Positions 1-10,093 of a DNA stretch of 64,000 bases are shown here, one piece after another. Position 1 is the first letter of the stretch. Every line of letters starts with the position of its first letter. A program made the translations under genes and the position numbers. Origin of the DNA: Gammaproteobacteria bacterium (GTDB lineage: Bacteria > Pseudomonadota > Gammaproteobacteria > Natronospirales > REEB76); contig DAHUYB010000035.1 in the NCBI GenBank assembly GCA_027315405.1, positions 2,710-66,709 on the forward strand, given 5' to 3'. The notes beneath the pieces were generated by a model. That model did not search any database. It was not told the DNA's origin and was given only the letters and a program-made list of their open reading frames with translations.

Positions 1-97
1 GCCGTACATTGGTCCACAGCCTGTACCCAGAAAAGCAATGTTCCTGAAAATATGCGCCAAGGTGCTGTCTTCCACAAGTGTTTGAGTTCGGTTCCGA

Positions 98-379
98 TTG
101 TTTCTTTCAAAGTATCCGCGGTTCACTCCCTGGCGACTGCCATGCGGATTCCAGCCCCGAATCTGCGCGGCTTTCCATCACGGCTCATTCCGGGATTATG
201 GGACATACTGTCCCGCCGGCGGCAAGTCCATCATCACGTGCAACGTCTGGACCTTCCCCTGGGAATACACCGACAAAGACAAGAGCAGAAGAATGACACT
301 GTTCCTTCCTGGTGGTGGACCGCATGACAATCCCGGCGCGGGGTCACTGCGCGGATCCGGCCCGCGGCATAACAAATGA
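98..379 (+). CDS. hypothetical Cys/Trp-rich protein (uncertain ORF, TTG start)
   Basis: 93-aa ORF with GC-rich third codon positions and no motif I recognise. The same frame is open upstream to an in-frame TGA at 83-85. Confidence 0.3.
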   Translation: MFLSKYPRFTPWRLPCGFQPRICAAFHHGSFRDYGTYCPAGGKSIITCNVWTFPWEYTDKDKSRRMTLFLPGGGPHDNPGAGSLRGSGPRHNK

Positions 380-483
380 ATCAACTATCTTTCAGAAAAC
401 CGGCCTTGTACGGCATTTCTTCCCGGCTACACTTGTAACCGCATACACCCAATCGTGGCGTGCACATTTCCGGGAGTGAGCCC

Positions 484-984
484 ATGAAAGATACGCGCGT
501 CGCCGTTCTTGCCGCCATCTTCTGCGGTGGATTCATCGCCGGCACCCTGGACATCGGCGCCGCTTCCCTGATCAACTGGCTCAGCCCCGTCATAATCCTG
601 CACGCCATCGCCAGCGGGCTGCTGGGGAAAGCATCCTTTCATGACGGCGCGCCTGCCGCACTGCTGGGATTGGGACTGCAATGGGCCATGTCACTCGTGA
701 TCGCGGCAGTCTATGCCTTGGGGGCGCTGCGTCTGTCCGCGCTTACGCATCACTGGATGGCAGGTGGAGTGGTTTATGGGTGCGTAATCTTCCTGGTCAT
801 GAATTACGTGGTGGTGCCGCTCTCCGAGGCGCCGTTTTCACCGCACTTCCATATCCTGAAAATCCTTGAAAATCTGGCGGCCATGATTATTTTCGGTGTG
901 ATCGTGGCCTTCTGTGCGCGGCATTTCCACCTCAGCGCGACTGCCGGCGCACAAATGCAAGTGACGAAAGACAACGAGACCTGA
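484..984 (+). CDS. integral membrane protein, unknown function
   Basis: ATG 484 is preceded by GGAG (472-475). There are about four hydrophobic helices (AAIFCGGFIAGTL, LGLGLQWAMSLVIAAVYALG, VVYGCVIFLVMNYVV, AAMIIFGVIVAF). Confidence 0.6.
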   Translation: MKDTRVAVLAAIFCGGFIAGTLDIGAASLINWLSPVIILHAIASGLLGKASFHDGAPAALLGLGLQWAMSLVIAAVYALGALRLSALTHHWMAGGVVYGCVIFLVMNYVVVPLSEAPFSPHFHILKILENLAAMIIFGVIVAFCARHFHLSATAGAQMQVTKDNET

Positions 985-1077
985 GGCAGGCGGCAACTGC
1001 CTGCTACTCAAGCGGTGAGCGGATACCCGCTGAACCAGTTCGCGCAAGAATCGTTGCACTACCAAAGGCTGCAGATT

Positions 1078-1719
1078 TCATGGCTGGCTGCGTTTCGATT
1101 CCAGCCATTTCACCAGCGGCTCCCACTGCTCCTGATCCGGCCAGGAGAGGTATTCCGGCAATTCGTGGATGCCGAGGCCGCGCGAATACGCGCGGATGTA
1201 GTTCTGGGTATCACGTAGGCGTGCGATCACCGGTACCTTGAGGGTGTCGAGGAATTTTTCCAGCTCATCATAAATCAGCAGATTTTCGCGCACCCGGTTG
1301 GCCACCACCGCTACTTTCACTTCCTTGCGTTCCACCTTACCCACGTCCAGCAGTTCGCGGATGAATTTAGCCGCGGCGCTGATATCGATGGGCGAAGGCA
1401 GCACCGGCACTACCAGGGATTCGGCGTGGCGCACGAACTGGGTGAGTTCGCTGCCGTGGGCGCGGGCGGGCGCGTCCACAATGAGGAAATCCGTGTTGCG
1501 GTCCAGATGCGTCAAACCCTGCTTGTGGGCGTCCACGCCGTGGATTTTGTCGCGATCCGGCGGGCGTTTGGCGAGCCAATCCATGCTGGAGCCCTGGGGA
1601 TCGTAGTCCGCGAGGCTCACCACCGCGTCCCAGTTGCTGGCGAAATAGGCGGCGATGTTGGTGGCCAGCGTGCTCTTGCCGACGCCGCCCTTGGCGTTGA
1701 TTACCATGATGGTGCGCAT
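1078..1719 (-). CDS. ParA/MinD-family P-loop ATPase (orphan, no ParB nearby)
   Basis: N-terminal deviant Walker A motif INAKGGVGKSTLATN; 213 aa. DYDPQGSS and IVDAP motifs are typical of small ParA-like ATPases. Confidence 0.8.
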   Translation of the reverse strand: MRTIMVINAKGGVGKSTLATNIAAYFASNWDAVVSLADYDPQGSSMDWLAKRPPDRDKIHGVDAHKQGLTHLDRNTDFLIVDAPARAHGSELTQFVRHAESLVVPVLPSPIDISAAAKFIRELLDVGKVERKEVKVAVVANRVRENLLIYDELEKFLDTLKVPVIARLRDTQNYIRAYSRGLGIHELPEYLSWPDQEQWEPLVKWLESKRSQP

Positions 1720-1996
1720 ACAGCCTCCTCAAAGACCAGGTATTCCTGTTGGTGGTTTTTCGTCCCTTTGGCCCACGTTCCACAGTATAGACGGCATGGA
1801 CCTTTCTGGCTTATACAGGCAGATGCCATCAGGGCCATGCTTCGAACGGCTTACGCACCGCCATGCGGGCGCCTTGTCCCGGCATCCCAGGATTGCCCCC
1901 ACCGGCCGAGCAGGGACGGCGGCAAAGGATTGCCGCCCTACCAAACATTGCACTGGTGATTCCCCAGGGCAGGTCGGCAATCCCTACCGACGAATA

Positions 1997-3463
1997 TTAT
2001 TCAATGCCCAGTTCCTTCCACAACGCGTCCACGCGCGCCTTCACTTCCCCACTCATGACGATGGGCCGGCCCCATGAGCGGCTGGTTTCGCCGGGCCACT
2101 TGTGGGTGGCATCGAAACCGATCTTGGAACCCAGGCCCGATATCGGTGAGGCGAAATCCAGATAATCAATGGGCGTGTTCTCGACGATGGTGCAATCCCG
2201 CGCCGGGTCTATGCGCGTGCTCACGGCCCAGATCACGTCCTTCCAGTCGCGCACGTTTACATCATCGTCGGTGACGATGATGAACTTGGTGTACATGAAT
2301 TGCCGCAGAAAACTCCAGATGCCGAACATCACGCGCTTGGCGTGCCCCGGATACTGTTTTTTCATGCTCACGCAGGCAACGCGGTAGGAACAACCTTCCG
2401 GCGGCAGATAAAAATCCGTGATCTCCGGGAACTGCTTTTGCAGGATCGGCACGAACACTTCGTTGAGCGCCACCCCCAGCACCGCCGGTTCGTCCGGCGG
2501 CCTGCCGGTGTAGGTGCTGTGGTAAATCGGATCGTCCCGGTGGCTGATGTGGGTGACGGTGAACACCGGGAATTTTTCCACTTCATTGTAATAGCCGGTG
2601 TGATCACCGAACGGACCTTCGTCCGCCGTTTCGCCGGGCTTTATAAAGCCCTCGAGCACGATCTCGGCGCTGGCCGGCACCATCAAATCACAGCTCACGC
2701 ACTTCACCACTTCGGTGCGCGCCCCGCGCAGCAAGCCGGCGAATGCATATTCGGACAAGTTATCCGGCACCGGCGTCACCGCCCCGAGGATCGTGGCGGG
2801 ATCGGCCCCCAGCGCCACCGCCACCGGAAACGGCTCCCCCGGATGGCTTTGCTGCCAGTCGCGGAAATCCAGGGCGCCGCCGCGGTGCGCCAGCCAGCGC
2901 ATGATGAGTTTGTTTCTGCCGCTCAGCTGCTGGCGGTAGATGCCAAGATTCTGGCGCTCCTGGTGCGGACCTTTGGTGATTGTGAGTCCCCAGGTGATCA
3001 GCGGACCCGCATCACCGGGCCAGCAAGTCTGGATCGGAAATTGATTCAGATCCACATCGCCGCCGGTAAAGCGGTTTTCCTGACAGGCTGCTCTGCGCAC
3101 CTCCTTGGGCGGCATGCGGAATACCTGCTTGAAAACCCCGAGCTTCTCCCAGGCATCCTTTAGGTTCTTGGGCGGCTCCGGTTCCCGCAGCATGGCCAGC
3201 AGTTGCCCGACCTCGCGCAAGGCGGCTACTGATTCCCGGCCCATCCCTAAGGCCACGCGCCGCGGCGTGCCGAAGAGATTGCCGAGCACCGGCATGGTAT
3301 GGCCTTTAGGTTTCTCGAACAGCAGCGCCGGTCCGGCTTTCTTCAGGGTGCGGTCGCAAATTTCGGTGATCTCGAGATACGGATCCACGCTCGCGCGGAT
3401 GCGCTTGAGCTCGCCCTGCTTTTCCAGCTGCGAAAGGAAATCGCGCAGATCGTAATATTTCAT
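1997..3463 (-). CDS. ubiD: 4-hydroxy-3-polyprenylbenzoate decarboxylase UbiD
   Basis: [22 protein letters not shown] matches the E. coli UbiD N-terminus (MKYNDLRDFL...). About 488 aa. Start taken at ATG 3463, not the ORF start at 3553. Confidence 0.9.
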   Translation of the reverse strand: MKYYDLRDFLSQLEKQGELKRIRASVDPYLEITEICDRTLKKAGPALLFEKPKGHTMPVLGNLFGTPRRVALGMGRESVAALREVGQLLAMLREPEPPKNLKDAWEKLGVFKQVFRMPPKEVRRAACQENRFTGGDVDLNQFPIQTCWPGDAGPLITWGLTITKGPHQERQNLGIYRQQLSGRNKLIMRWLAHRGGALDFRDWQQSHPGEPFPVAVALGADPATILGAVTPVPDNLSEYAFAGLLRGARTEVVKCVSCDLMVPASAEIVLEGFIKPGETADEGPFGDHTGYYNEVEKFPVFTVTHISHRDDPIYHSTYTGRPPDEPAVLGVALNEVFVPILQKQFPEITDFYLPPEGCSYRVACVSMKKQYPGHAKRVMFGIWSFLRQFMYTKFIIVTDDDVNVRDWKDVIWAVSTRIDPARDCTIVENTPIDYLDFASPISGLGSKIGFDATHKWPGETSRSWGRPIVMSGEVKARVDALWKELGIE

Positions 3464-3629
3464 GGGGCTGGCCAGGTCTGGGGTGGACACTATATATGAC
3501 ATGCCATGGCCTGCGCCGCCAAGGCCCCTGGCAAACAGCTGATCTTCGGTCAATACTTAGGTCTGTGTGCCGCCCGCGCGACACTCATGAAGACAAGTTT
3601 CATAAACAATTAGCCCGGGGGATACCACC

Positions 3630-4049
3630 ATGAATTACCTGCACTCACCCGCGATGTTATTTGCCGGCTGGCACCTGGCAGTCTGGGTCATCGCTCTCGT
3701 CGTTTTTATCCTCTACCTGATAACCTTGATGAACACGCTCAATGCGGTAGCGCCACAGAATCGCCGGCTGACACCCGGATTGGTGTTTCTGCTGCTGATA
3801 CCCTTGTTCAACCTGGTCTGGAACTTCATCGTGGTGACGAAGATCCGTGATTCACTGCAGGCGGAGTTTTCCGCGCGCACTCTGTCGGGACAAGGTTTCG
3901 GATATGGCGTGGGGCTTGCCATGTGTATCCTGTACATCGTGACCATTATTCCCCTGATAAATCTGTTGGCTGCTCCAGCGCTGCTGGTGTGCTGGATTAT
4001 CTATTGGGTACAGATCGCCGGCTACAAGGGACAATTGTCGAAAACCTGA
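3630..4049 (+). CDS. integral membrane protein, unknown function
   Basis: 139 aa with four hydrophobic segments. No catalytic motif recognised. Visibly AT-richer than its neighbours. Confidence 0.55.
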   Translation: MNYLHSPAMLFAGWHLAVWVIALVVFILYLITLMNTLNAVAPQNRRLTPGLVFLLLIPLFNLVWNFIVVTKIRDSLQAEFSARTLSGQGFGYGVGLAMCILYIVTIIPLINLLAAPALLVCWIIYWVQIAGYKGQLSKT

Positions 4050-4163
4050 GCGTGTTTGACGATGGTTTCCGGGAAGGCGCGGGCGGGAGCACCGCCCGCG
4101 CTATTTCAGCCGTTGTAAGCTGGCCTCTATATAATAATGACCAGCTCCTACGTTGAATAAACC

Positions 4164-4583
4164 ATGGCCTTCTCCAACCCCCAACCCGACGCCATCCGCG
4201 CACTGCTAAAGAAAGTACACCGCATCGCGGTGGTGGGCCTGTCGCCCAACCCGGCCCGGCCGAGCCACGGCGTGGCCCGTGACCTGCAGGGGTTCGGCTA
4301 CCAGATCATCCCGGTGCGCCCCGGGGTGGATGAAGTGCTGGGTGAGAAAGCCTATCCCGATCTCCGGCATCTGCCGGCTGCGGTGGATCTGGTGGATGTA
4401 TTCCGTGCATCGGAATACGTGGATGCAATCGTGGACGACTGCATCGCCATACAGACGCCGGCCCTGTGGCTGCAAGAGGGCGTGGTCAACCCGGCGGCCG
4501 CGGAGCGCGCGCGCCAAGCGGGCATCTTTGTGGTTATGGACCGGTGTATATATAAGGCCTACAAGGAACTGCTCGGTAAATAA
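4164..4583 (+). CDS. CoA-binding domain protein (YccU/YneT-like)
   Basis: IAVVGLSPNPARPSHGVARDLQGFGYQIIPVRP plus a later VDVFR segment is the typical CoA_binding_2 layout. 139 aa. Confidence 0.75.
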   Translation: MAFSNPQPDAIRALLKKVHRIAVVGLSPNPARPSHGVARDLQGFGYQIIPVRPGVDEVLGEKAYPDLRHLPAAVDLVDVFRASEYVDAIVDDCIAIQTPALWLQEGVVNPAAAERARQAGIFVVMDRCIYKAYKELLGK

Positions 4584-4607
4584 TTTGCGTCAAAACTCGG
4601 AGACAAA

Positions 4608-5081
4608 ATGAGTTCTTATATTGATTCCAATCTGCTCAATGACGAACAGGTCTTATATCGCGGAAAACTCAGTATCTGGTCCCTTATGCGGCATATTCTG
4701 CTTGGGCTCACTTTTGTTCTGCTTGGGTTGGTGTTTATTCTGCTTGTTGGGTGGGTTTTTATGGGGGCGATAGGAGTGATGTTCGGCGTTATCTTCTGGA
4801 TTGCGGCGTACCTCATATATATCTCTACGGAAATGGCGGTAACGAACAAGCGAGTCATGGCCAAGAAGGGTGTGATCCGGCGCGAAACTGTTGAAATGTT
4901 TTTGACCAAAGTGGAGAGTATCAAGGTTGATCAAAGCATATTGGGCCGTATTTTCAATTTTGGCTCAGTGATCATAAAAGGAACCGGGGGTGATGCGGTG
5001 CCTTTCAATGGTATTGGAGATCCGCTGCGCTTCAGAAAAGAATTTATGAGCGCTGCCGATACCATTCAAAGTAAAATCTGA
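4608..5081 (+). CDS. bacterial PH-domain membrane protein (bPH_2, YdbS/YdbT-like)
   Basis: Two TM helices followed by TEMAVTNKRVMAKKGVIRRETVEMFLTKVESIKVDQSILGRIFNFGSVII, a bPH_2-type pattern. Confidence 0.7.
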   Translation: MSSYIDSNLLNDEQVLYRGKLSIWSLMRHILLGLTFVLLGLVFILLVGWVFMGAIGVMFGVIFWIAAYLIYISTEMAVTNKRVMAKKGVIRRETVEMFLTKVESIKVDQSILGRIFNFGSVIIKGTGGDAVPFNGIGDPLRFRKEFMSAADTIQSKI

Positions 5082-5104
5082 TCTTCGGTGAGTCACCCAT
5101 CTTT

Positions 5105-5935
5105 ATGAAAGTCCTCTTCAGCAAAATGGAAGGTCTCGGCAACGACTTCATGGTGATTGACGCCATGCAGCAGCCGCTGCCGCTCGATACCGCCACCGTC
5201 CAGAAGCTCGCCGACCGCCGAACCGGCATCGGCTTCGACCAGTTGCTGGTCATCGGCAAACCCAAAAATCCGGCGCACGCCGCGGGTTTCCGCATCTACA
5301 ACGCCGACGGCGGCGAGGTGGAGCAGTGCGGCAACGGCGCGCGCTGCGTGAGCCGCTTCCTGGTGGAGGCCGGACGGGTGACGGGCCGCAACTTCACGCT
5401 CGAGACCCTGGGCGGCGATCTGCAGGCGGACGTGCGCGATATCGCCAGGGTGCGCGTCAACATGGGCGTGCCCACCTTCGAGCCGGCGCGCATCCCCTTC
5501 GAGGCCCGCGAGCGCGCCCTCACCTATGCGTTGGAAGTGGATGGCCGCACTTATGAAATCGGCGCCGTCTCCGTGGGCAATCCGCACGCCATCCTGGACA
5601 TGCCGGACGTGGACATCGCGCCGGTGGCCGAACTTGGCCCCAAAATCGAACACCACCCGCGCTTTCCCAAACGCGCCAATGTGAATTTCGCCCAGTGGCT
5701 GGATCGCACCCACGTACGCCTACGCGTCTTCGAACGCGGCACCGGTGAAACGCTGGCCTGCGGCACCGGCGCCTGCGCCACCATGGTGTGGGGTCGGCTT
5801 GCGGGCTGGCTGGACGAGAGCGTGGAAGTGGCCCTGCGCGGCGGCCGTCTCATGATAAGCTGGCAGGGAGAGGGCGAATGCATGTGGATGAGCGGCCCGG
5901 CCAACCGGGTGTACGACGGGATCATCAATCTATGA
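5105..5935 (+). CDS. dapF: diaminopimelate epimerase
   Basis: FSKMEGLGNDFMVIDA N-terminus, the catalytic Cys motifs GNGARC and ACGTGA, 276 aa. Confidence 0.95.
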   Translation: MKVLFSKMEGLGNDFMVIDAMQQPLPLDTATVQKLADRRTGIGFDQLLVIGKPKNPAHAAGFRIYNADGGEVEQCGNGARCVSRFLVEAGRVTGRNFTLETLGGDLQADVRDIARVRVNMGVPTFEPARIPFEARERALTYALEVDGRTYEIGAVSVGNPHAILDMPDVDIAPVAELGPKIEHHPRFPKRANVNFAQWLDRTHVRLRVFERGTGETLACGTGACATMVWGRLAGWLDESVEVALRGGRLMISWQGEGECMWMSGPANRVYDGIINL

Positions 5936-6636
5936 GCATCGAGCATAAAACCGGCCTGCGGGATCTGGGTGACATCGAGCTGACGGTCACGGATTACCTC
6001 ATTACCCATCCGGATTTTTTCGACAACCACACCGAGGTACTCACCAAGCTCAAGGTGCCGCATCCCAGCGGTCAGGCGGTGTCGCTCATCGAACGCCAGG
6101 TGGAGGTGCTGCGCCAGCAGCATCGCCAGATGGAACGCAAGCTGGTGGATCTGATCGAGGTGGCGCGCGCCAACGACACACTTATCGAACGCATCCATCG
6201 CCTGGCGGTGGCGCTGCTGGACGGCGGCACGCTGGCGGAGCGCCTGTATTCGGCGCAGGAGGAGTTGCGCAACCGCTTCGGCGCCGACGAGGTCAGCCTG
6301 TTTCTGATCCACGATCACGCCGCGAATCTGGATGCCGGTCCGGCGCGCTGGCTGAAGCGCGATGATCCGGGCCTGGAACAATTCCGCGAATTCCTGAAAG
6401 CCGGCAAGGCCCACGTCGGGCGGTTACGCGCCCCGCAACTGGAATTCCTGTTCGGTGAGCAGGGAGAGCGCACCGCCTCCATCGCACTGGTGCCGCTGGG
6501 CGACCACGGAAAACTCGGCATCCTGGCCGTGGGCAGCCATGAAGCCGATCGCTTCGGCCCGACGCTGGGTACGGCCTTCCTGGCGCGCATCGGCGAACTG
6601 GTGGCGGCGGCCATTCAGCCGCTGTTGCCGGAATGA
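5932..6636 (+). CDS. DUF484-family protein (YigA-like)
   Basis: ATG 5932 overlaps the dapF stop (ATGA). The position between dapF and xerC is conserved in gammaproteobacteria. The 5788-5931 extension overlaps dapF and was dropped. Confidence 0.8.
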   Translation: MSIEHKTGLRDLGDIELTVTDYLITHPDFFDNHTEVLTKLKVPHPSGQAVSLIERQVEVLRQQHRQMERKLVDLIEVARANDTLIERIHRLAVALLDGGTLAERLYSAQEELRNRFGADEVSLFLIHDHAANLDAGPARWLKRDDPGLEQFREFLKAGKAHVGRLRAPQLEFLFGEQGERTASIALVPLGDHGKLGILAVGSHEADRFGPTLGTAFLARIGELVAAAIQPLLPE

Positions 6637-7535
6637 CCACGGCATTCGCCGGCTGGATCAAAAACTTCCTCGGACATCTTGCCCACGAACGCCGGCTCTC
6701 GCCGCATACGGCGAGCGGCTACCAACACGATCTGGAGAGCTTCCGGCAGTATTGCGAACAGCAACACATCGCTGACTGGAACGCCGTGGATCTGCATCAT
6801 GTGCGCGCCTTCGTGAGCGCGCGCCACCGCGCCGGGTTATCGCCCCGCAGCCTGCAACGTCTGTTGGCCGCGATCCGCAGTTTTTACAACTACCTGCTGC
6901 GCGAAGGCGCGAGCCGCAATAATCCCGCCAACGGGCTGCGCGCCCCCAAAGTACCGCGGCACCTGCCCGCAACGCTGGATGCTGATCAGATGGCGCACCT
7001 GCTGGAGATCCGCGGCGATGCACCGCAGGCGATCCGCGATCGCGCCATCATGGAGCTGTTGTATTCATCCGGCCTGCGGCTCGCGGAATTGATTTCATTG
7101 GAGCTGAATGACGTGGATTTGCGCGATGCCACCGTACGGGTCACCGGCAAGGGCTCGAAAACCCGCATCGTGCCGGTGGGCCGGAAAGCGCTTGCGGCCC
7201 TGGCCGATTGGCTCAAGGTACGCGCACAACTCGCCAAGCCGGAAGATACGGCGCTGTTCACGGGAGCGCGCGGCGGACGCCTCAGTCCGCGCACTTTGCA
7301 AACGCGGCTCAAACGCTGGGGCATCGCCCAGGGTGTGCACCAGGGCGTCCATCCGCACTTATTCCGGCATTCCTTCGCCAGCCATCTGCTGGAATCCAGC
7401 GGCGATCTGCGTGCCGTGCAGGAACTCCTGGGCCACGCCAATATCAGCACCACCCAGATCTACACCCACCTTGATTTCCAGCACCTGGCCCGCATGTACG
7501 ATCAGGCGCATCCGCGTGCCCATAAGAAGAAATAG
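6633..7535 (+). CDS. xerC: tyrosine recombinase XerC
   Basis: ATGA overlap with the DUF484 gene. Carries the ELLYSSGLRLAEL, HLFRHSFASHLL and LLGHANISTTQIYTH catalytic motifs. 300 aa. Confidence 0.92.
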   Translation: MTTAFAGWIKNFLGHLAHERRLSPHTASGYQHDLESFRQYCEQQHIADWNAVDLHHVRAFVSARHRAGLSPRSLQRLLAAIRSFYNYLLREGASRNNPANGLRAPKVPRHLPATLDADQMAHLLEIRGDAPQAIRDRAIMELLYSSGLRLAELISLELNDVDLRDATVRVTGKGSKTRIVPVGRKALAALADWLKVRAQLAKPEDTALFTGARGGRLSPRTLQTRLKRWGIAQGVHQGVHPHLFRHSFASHLLESSGDLRAVQELLGHANISTTQIYTHLDFQHLARMYDQAHPRAHKKK

Positions 7536-7603
7536 GGCCGTGTACCCCGTGCGGCGGTAAGAGAAACACGCTTTCCAATAGTTCTGTATGCAGCATGCGC
7601 GAC

Positions 7604-7632
7604 CTGGCACTACGGTGTTGTTGGTTTAGAAT
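7604..7632 (+). promoter_or_regulatory. possible sigma70-type promoter for hslVU (CTGGCA-N17-TAGAAT)
   Basis: Hexamers at 7604-7609 and 7627-7632 with a 17-nt spacer, about 40 nt upstream of the hslV ATG. Identified by eye only. Confidence 0.3.
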
Positions 7633-7673
7633 GAGGCTCTCACGTCACGGGTGTAACTGAAGGCTTTACAGAC

Positions 7674-8207
7674 ATGGAACAATTCCACGGCACTACCATT
7701 CTTTCGGTGCGGCGCGGCAACGCCGTCGCCATGGGTGGCGACGGCCAGGTCACCATCGGCAATACCGTGATGAAGTCCAATGCCCGCAAGGTGCGCCGTT
7801 TGTATAACGATCAGGTGCTGGCGGGATTCGCCGGCGGTACCGCCGACGCCTTCACCCTGTCCGAGCGTTTCGAGGAAAAGCTCACCAAGCACAGCGGCAA
7901 CCTGACGCGCGCGGCGGTGGAACTGGCCAAGGACTGGCGCAGCGACCGCATGCTGCGGCGCCTGGAAGCGCTGCTGTGCGTGGCCGACAAAAGCACCTCG
8001 CTGATCGTCTCCGGCAACGGTGACGTGATCGAGCCGGAGCAGGGCCTCATGGCCATCGGCTCCGGCGGCATGTTTGCGCAAGCCGCGGCGCGCGCGCTGC
8101 TGGACAATACCGAACTGGAGGCGCGCGCCATCACCGAACGCGCGCTGACTATCGCGGCGGACATTTGCATTTACACCAACCGTAACCTCACCATCGAGGT
8201 TCTATAG
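7674..8207 (+). CDS. hslV: ATP-dependent protease subunit HslV
   Basis: [24 protein letters not shown] (N-terminal Thr protease). 177 aa. TAG stop. Confidence 0.95.
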   Translation: MEQFHGTTILSVRRGNAVAMGGDGQVTIGNTVMKSNARKVRRLYNDQVLAGFAGGTADAFTLSERFEEKLTKHSGNLTRAAVELAKDWRSDRMLRRLEALLCVADKSTSLIVSGNGDVIEPEQGLMAIGSGGMFAQAAARALLDNTELEARAITERALTIAADICIYTNRNLTIEVL

Positions 8208-8250
8208 GAAGCGTCATGTGAATCGCCGCCTGGCACCCTGGTGAAGCGTA

Positions 8251-8316
8251 AGGGGTGAGGCGAAAACTCCAGGCAATCCGAATGCTAAATTTCTTAACCC
8301 TTTACTCCTCACCCCT
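8251..8316. repeat. inverted repeat AGGGGTGAGG-N46-CCTCACCCCT inside the hslV-hslU spacer
   Basis: Perfect 10-nt arms at 8251-8260 and 8307-8316. The GGGGTGAGG core is also seen at 21044-21081 and 33121-33164. Confidence 0.7.
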
Positions 8317-8339
8317 AACTTCCTCACTGGATTTTGAAC

Positions 8340-9674
8340 ATGTCTGAAATGACACCCAGAGAAATCGTCCAGGAATTGGACAAACACATCATCGGCCAGA
8401 CGGACGCGAAACGCGCCGTGGCCATTGCCTTGCGCAACCGCTGGCGCCGCATGCAGGTGCCGGAGAAGTTGCGCAATGAGATCACCCCCAAGAACATCCT
8501 CATGATCGGACCCACGGGCGTCGGCAAAACCGAGATCGCACGCCGCCTGGCGCGCCTCGCCAACGCGCCCTTCATCAAGGTGGAAGCCACCAAGTTCACC
8601 GAGGTGGGCTACGTGGGCAAGGACGTGGACGCTATCATCCGCGACCTCATGGACGCGGCCGTGAAGATGGAGCGCGACCATGCCAAACACCGGGTGCAGA
8701 CCCGCGCCGAGGAAGCCGCCGAAGAACGTATCCTGGATGCCCTACTGCCACGCAAGCGCGGCGTCGGTTTCGCCAACGAACCGCAGCCGCCGGAGAGCTC
8801 GGACACACGCCAGAAATTCCGCAAGATGCTGCGGGAAGGCGAGCTCGAGGACCGGGAGATCGAAGTGGAACTGGTCATGGCCAACATCGGTGTGGAGATC
8901 ATGGCGCCGCCCGGCATGGAGGAGATGACCCAGCAGTTGCAGGGGCTGTTCCAGAACATGGGCAACCAGCGCAGCCGTGCGCGCAAACTCAAAATCAAGG
9001 AAGCCCGAAAATTACTGGAGGATGAAGAGGCCGCCAAAATGGTCAACGAGGACGACATTAAACTGGCGGCGCTCACCAACGTGGAGCAAAACGGCATCGT
9101 CTTCATTGACGAACTGGACAAGGTTACACGTCGTGGCGAAGTGCACGGTGCGGATGTCTCCCGTGAAGGCGTGCAGCGCGACCTGTTGCCGCTGGTGGAA
9201 GGCACCACGGTCACCACCAAATACGGCACCGTGAAGACCGATCATGTGCTGTTCATCGCTTCCGGCGCCTTCCAGATGTCGAAGCCTTCCGACCTGATTC
9301 CGGAGCTGCAGGGGCGGCTACCGATCCGCGTGGAGCTTGCCGCCCTCAACACCGAGGATTTCGTGCGCATCCTCACGGAACCGGATGCCGCCCTCACCGT
9401 TCAGTACGTGGCTCTGATGCTAACCGAAGGCATGCAGGTGGAATTTACGCCGGAGGGTGTGCGCCGCATCGCGGAAGTGGCTTTCGAGGTCAACGAACGC
9501 ACCGAGAACATCGGCGCCCGCCGCCTGCACACCGTCATGGAGCGGCTGTTCGAGAGCATCTCTTTCGAAGCCGCTGACAAGAGCGGCAAGCAAGTGGTGA
9601 TTGATGCCGCTTACGTGGACCAGCAGGTGGGTAAACTGGTAAAGGATGAGGATCTAAGCAGATATATTCTATGA
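8340..9674 (+). CDS. hslU: ATP-dependent protease ATPase subunit HslU
   Basis: [20 protein letters not shown] matches the E. coli HslU start. Walker A motif [15 protein letters not shown]. Start set at ATG 8340, not TTG 8334. Confidence 0.95.
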   Translation: MSEMTPREIVQELDKHIIGQTDAKRAVAIALRNRWRRMQVPEKLRNEITPKNILMIGPTGVGKTEIARRLARLANAPFIKVEATKFTEVGYVGKDVDAIIRDLMDAAVKMERDHAKHRVQTRAEEAAEERILDALLPRKRGVGFANEPQPPESSDTRQKFRKMLREGELEDREIEVELVMANIGVEIMAPPGMEEMTQQLQGLFQNMGNQRSRARKLKIKEARKLLEDEEAAKMVNEDDIKLAALTNVEQNGIVFIDELDKVTRRGEVHGADVSREGVQRDLLPLVEGTTVTTKYGTVKTDHVLFIASGAFQMSKPSDLIPELQGRLPIRVELAALNTEDFVRILTEPDAALTVQYVALMLTEGMQVEFTPEGVRRIAEVAFEVNERTENIGARRLHTVMERLFESISFEAADKSGKQVVIDAAYVDQQVGKLVKDEDLSRYIL

Positions 9675-10033
9675 TCATCGCACAGCCGCGTGCCACCGAA
9701 CTTCGCCTGCGCAAGTCCGCCGGTGTGCTAAGCGTGGCATTCGACAGTGGCGAGAAATTCGAACTGCCATTCGAATACCTGCGGGTGTTCTCACCCTCGG
9801 CGGAAGTGCGTGGCCACGGTACCGAGATCCTGCAAACCGGCAAGGAGAATGTAAAGATCATCGCTATCGAGCCAGTGGGCAACTACGCCGTGTGTCTCAA
9901 GTTCGATGACGGCCATGATACCGGCCTGTATTCCTGGTCGGTGCTGCACGATCTAGGCAGGAATCAGCAGGAAAACTGGGCACGCTATCTCAAGCGCCTC
10001 CAAGACGCCGGTTACCAGCGCCAGCCTTCCTGA
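9671..10033 (+). CDS. DUF971 (gamma-butyrobetaine hydroxylase-like N-terminal domain) protein
   Basis: ATGA overlap with hsl[16 protein letters not shown]...IEPVGNYAV...[12 protein letters not shown] is the DUF971 pattern as I recall it. Confidence 0.7.
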   Translation: MIIAQPRATELRLRKSAGVLSVAFDSGEKFELPFEYLRVFSPSAEVRGHGTEILQTGKENVKIIAIEPVGNYAVCLKFDDGHDTGLYSWSVLHDLGRNQQENWARYLKRLQDAGYQRQPS

Positions 10034-10093
10034 AAGCATCCCTCCAGGCGAGGCGGCTGCTAGAATGCCACTTCCGCCCGACGAGTCTCTGCC

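Noticed and set aside
4608-5081. Visibly AT-richer composition of the PH-domain gene (and of 3630-4049) as a sign of horizontal transfer
   Set aside because: I cannot compute GC or codon statistics here. Both genes are intact, there are no mobility signatures, and membrane-protein codon bias could explain part of the shift.
6633-7535. Tyrosine recombinase as a marker of an integrated mobile element
   Set aside because: The dapF-DUF484-xerC arrangement with overlapping stops and starts is the conserved housekeeping context of XerC. There are no att-like repeats or cargo genes.
7601-7620. Sigma54-like TGGCAC-N5-TGTTG upstream of hslV
   Set aside because: The -12 element lacks the conserved GC (TTGC). 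hslVU is classically a heat-shock/sigma70-type operon, and no enhancer-binding protein gene is nearby.
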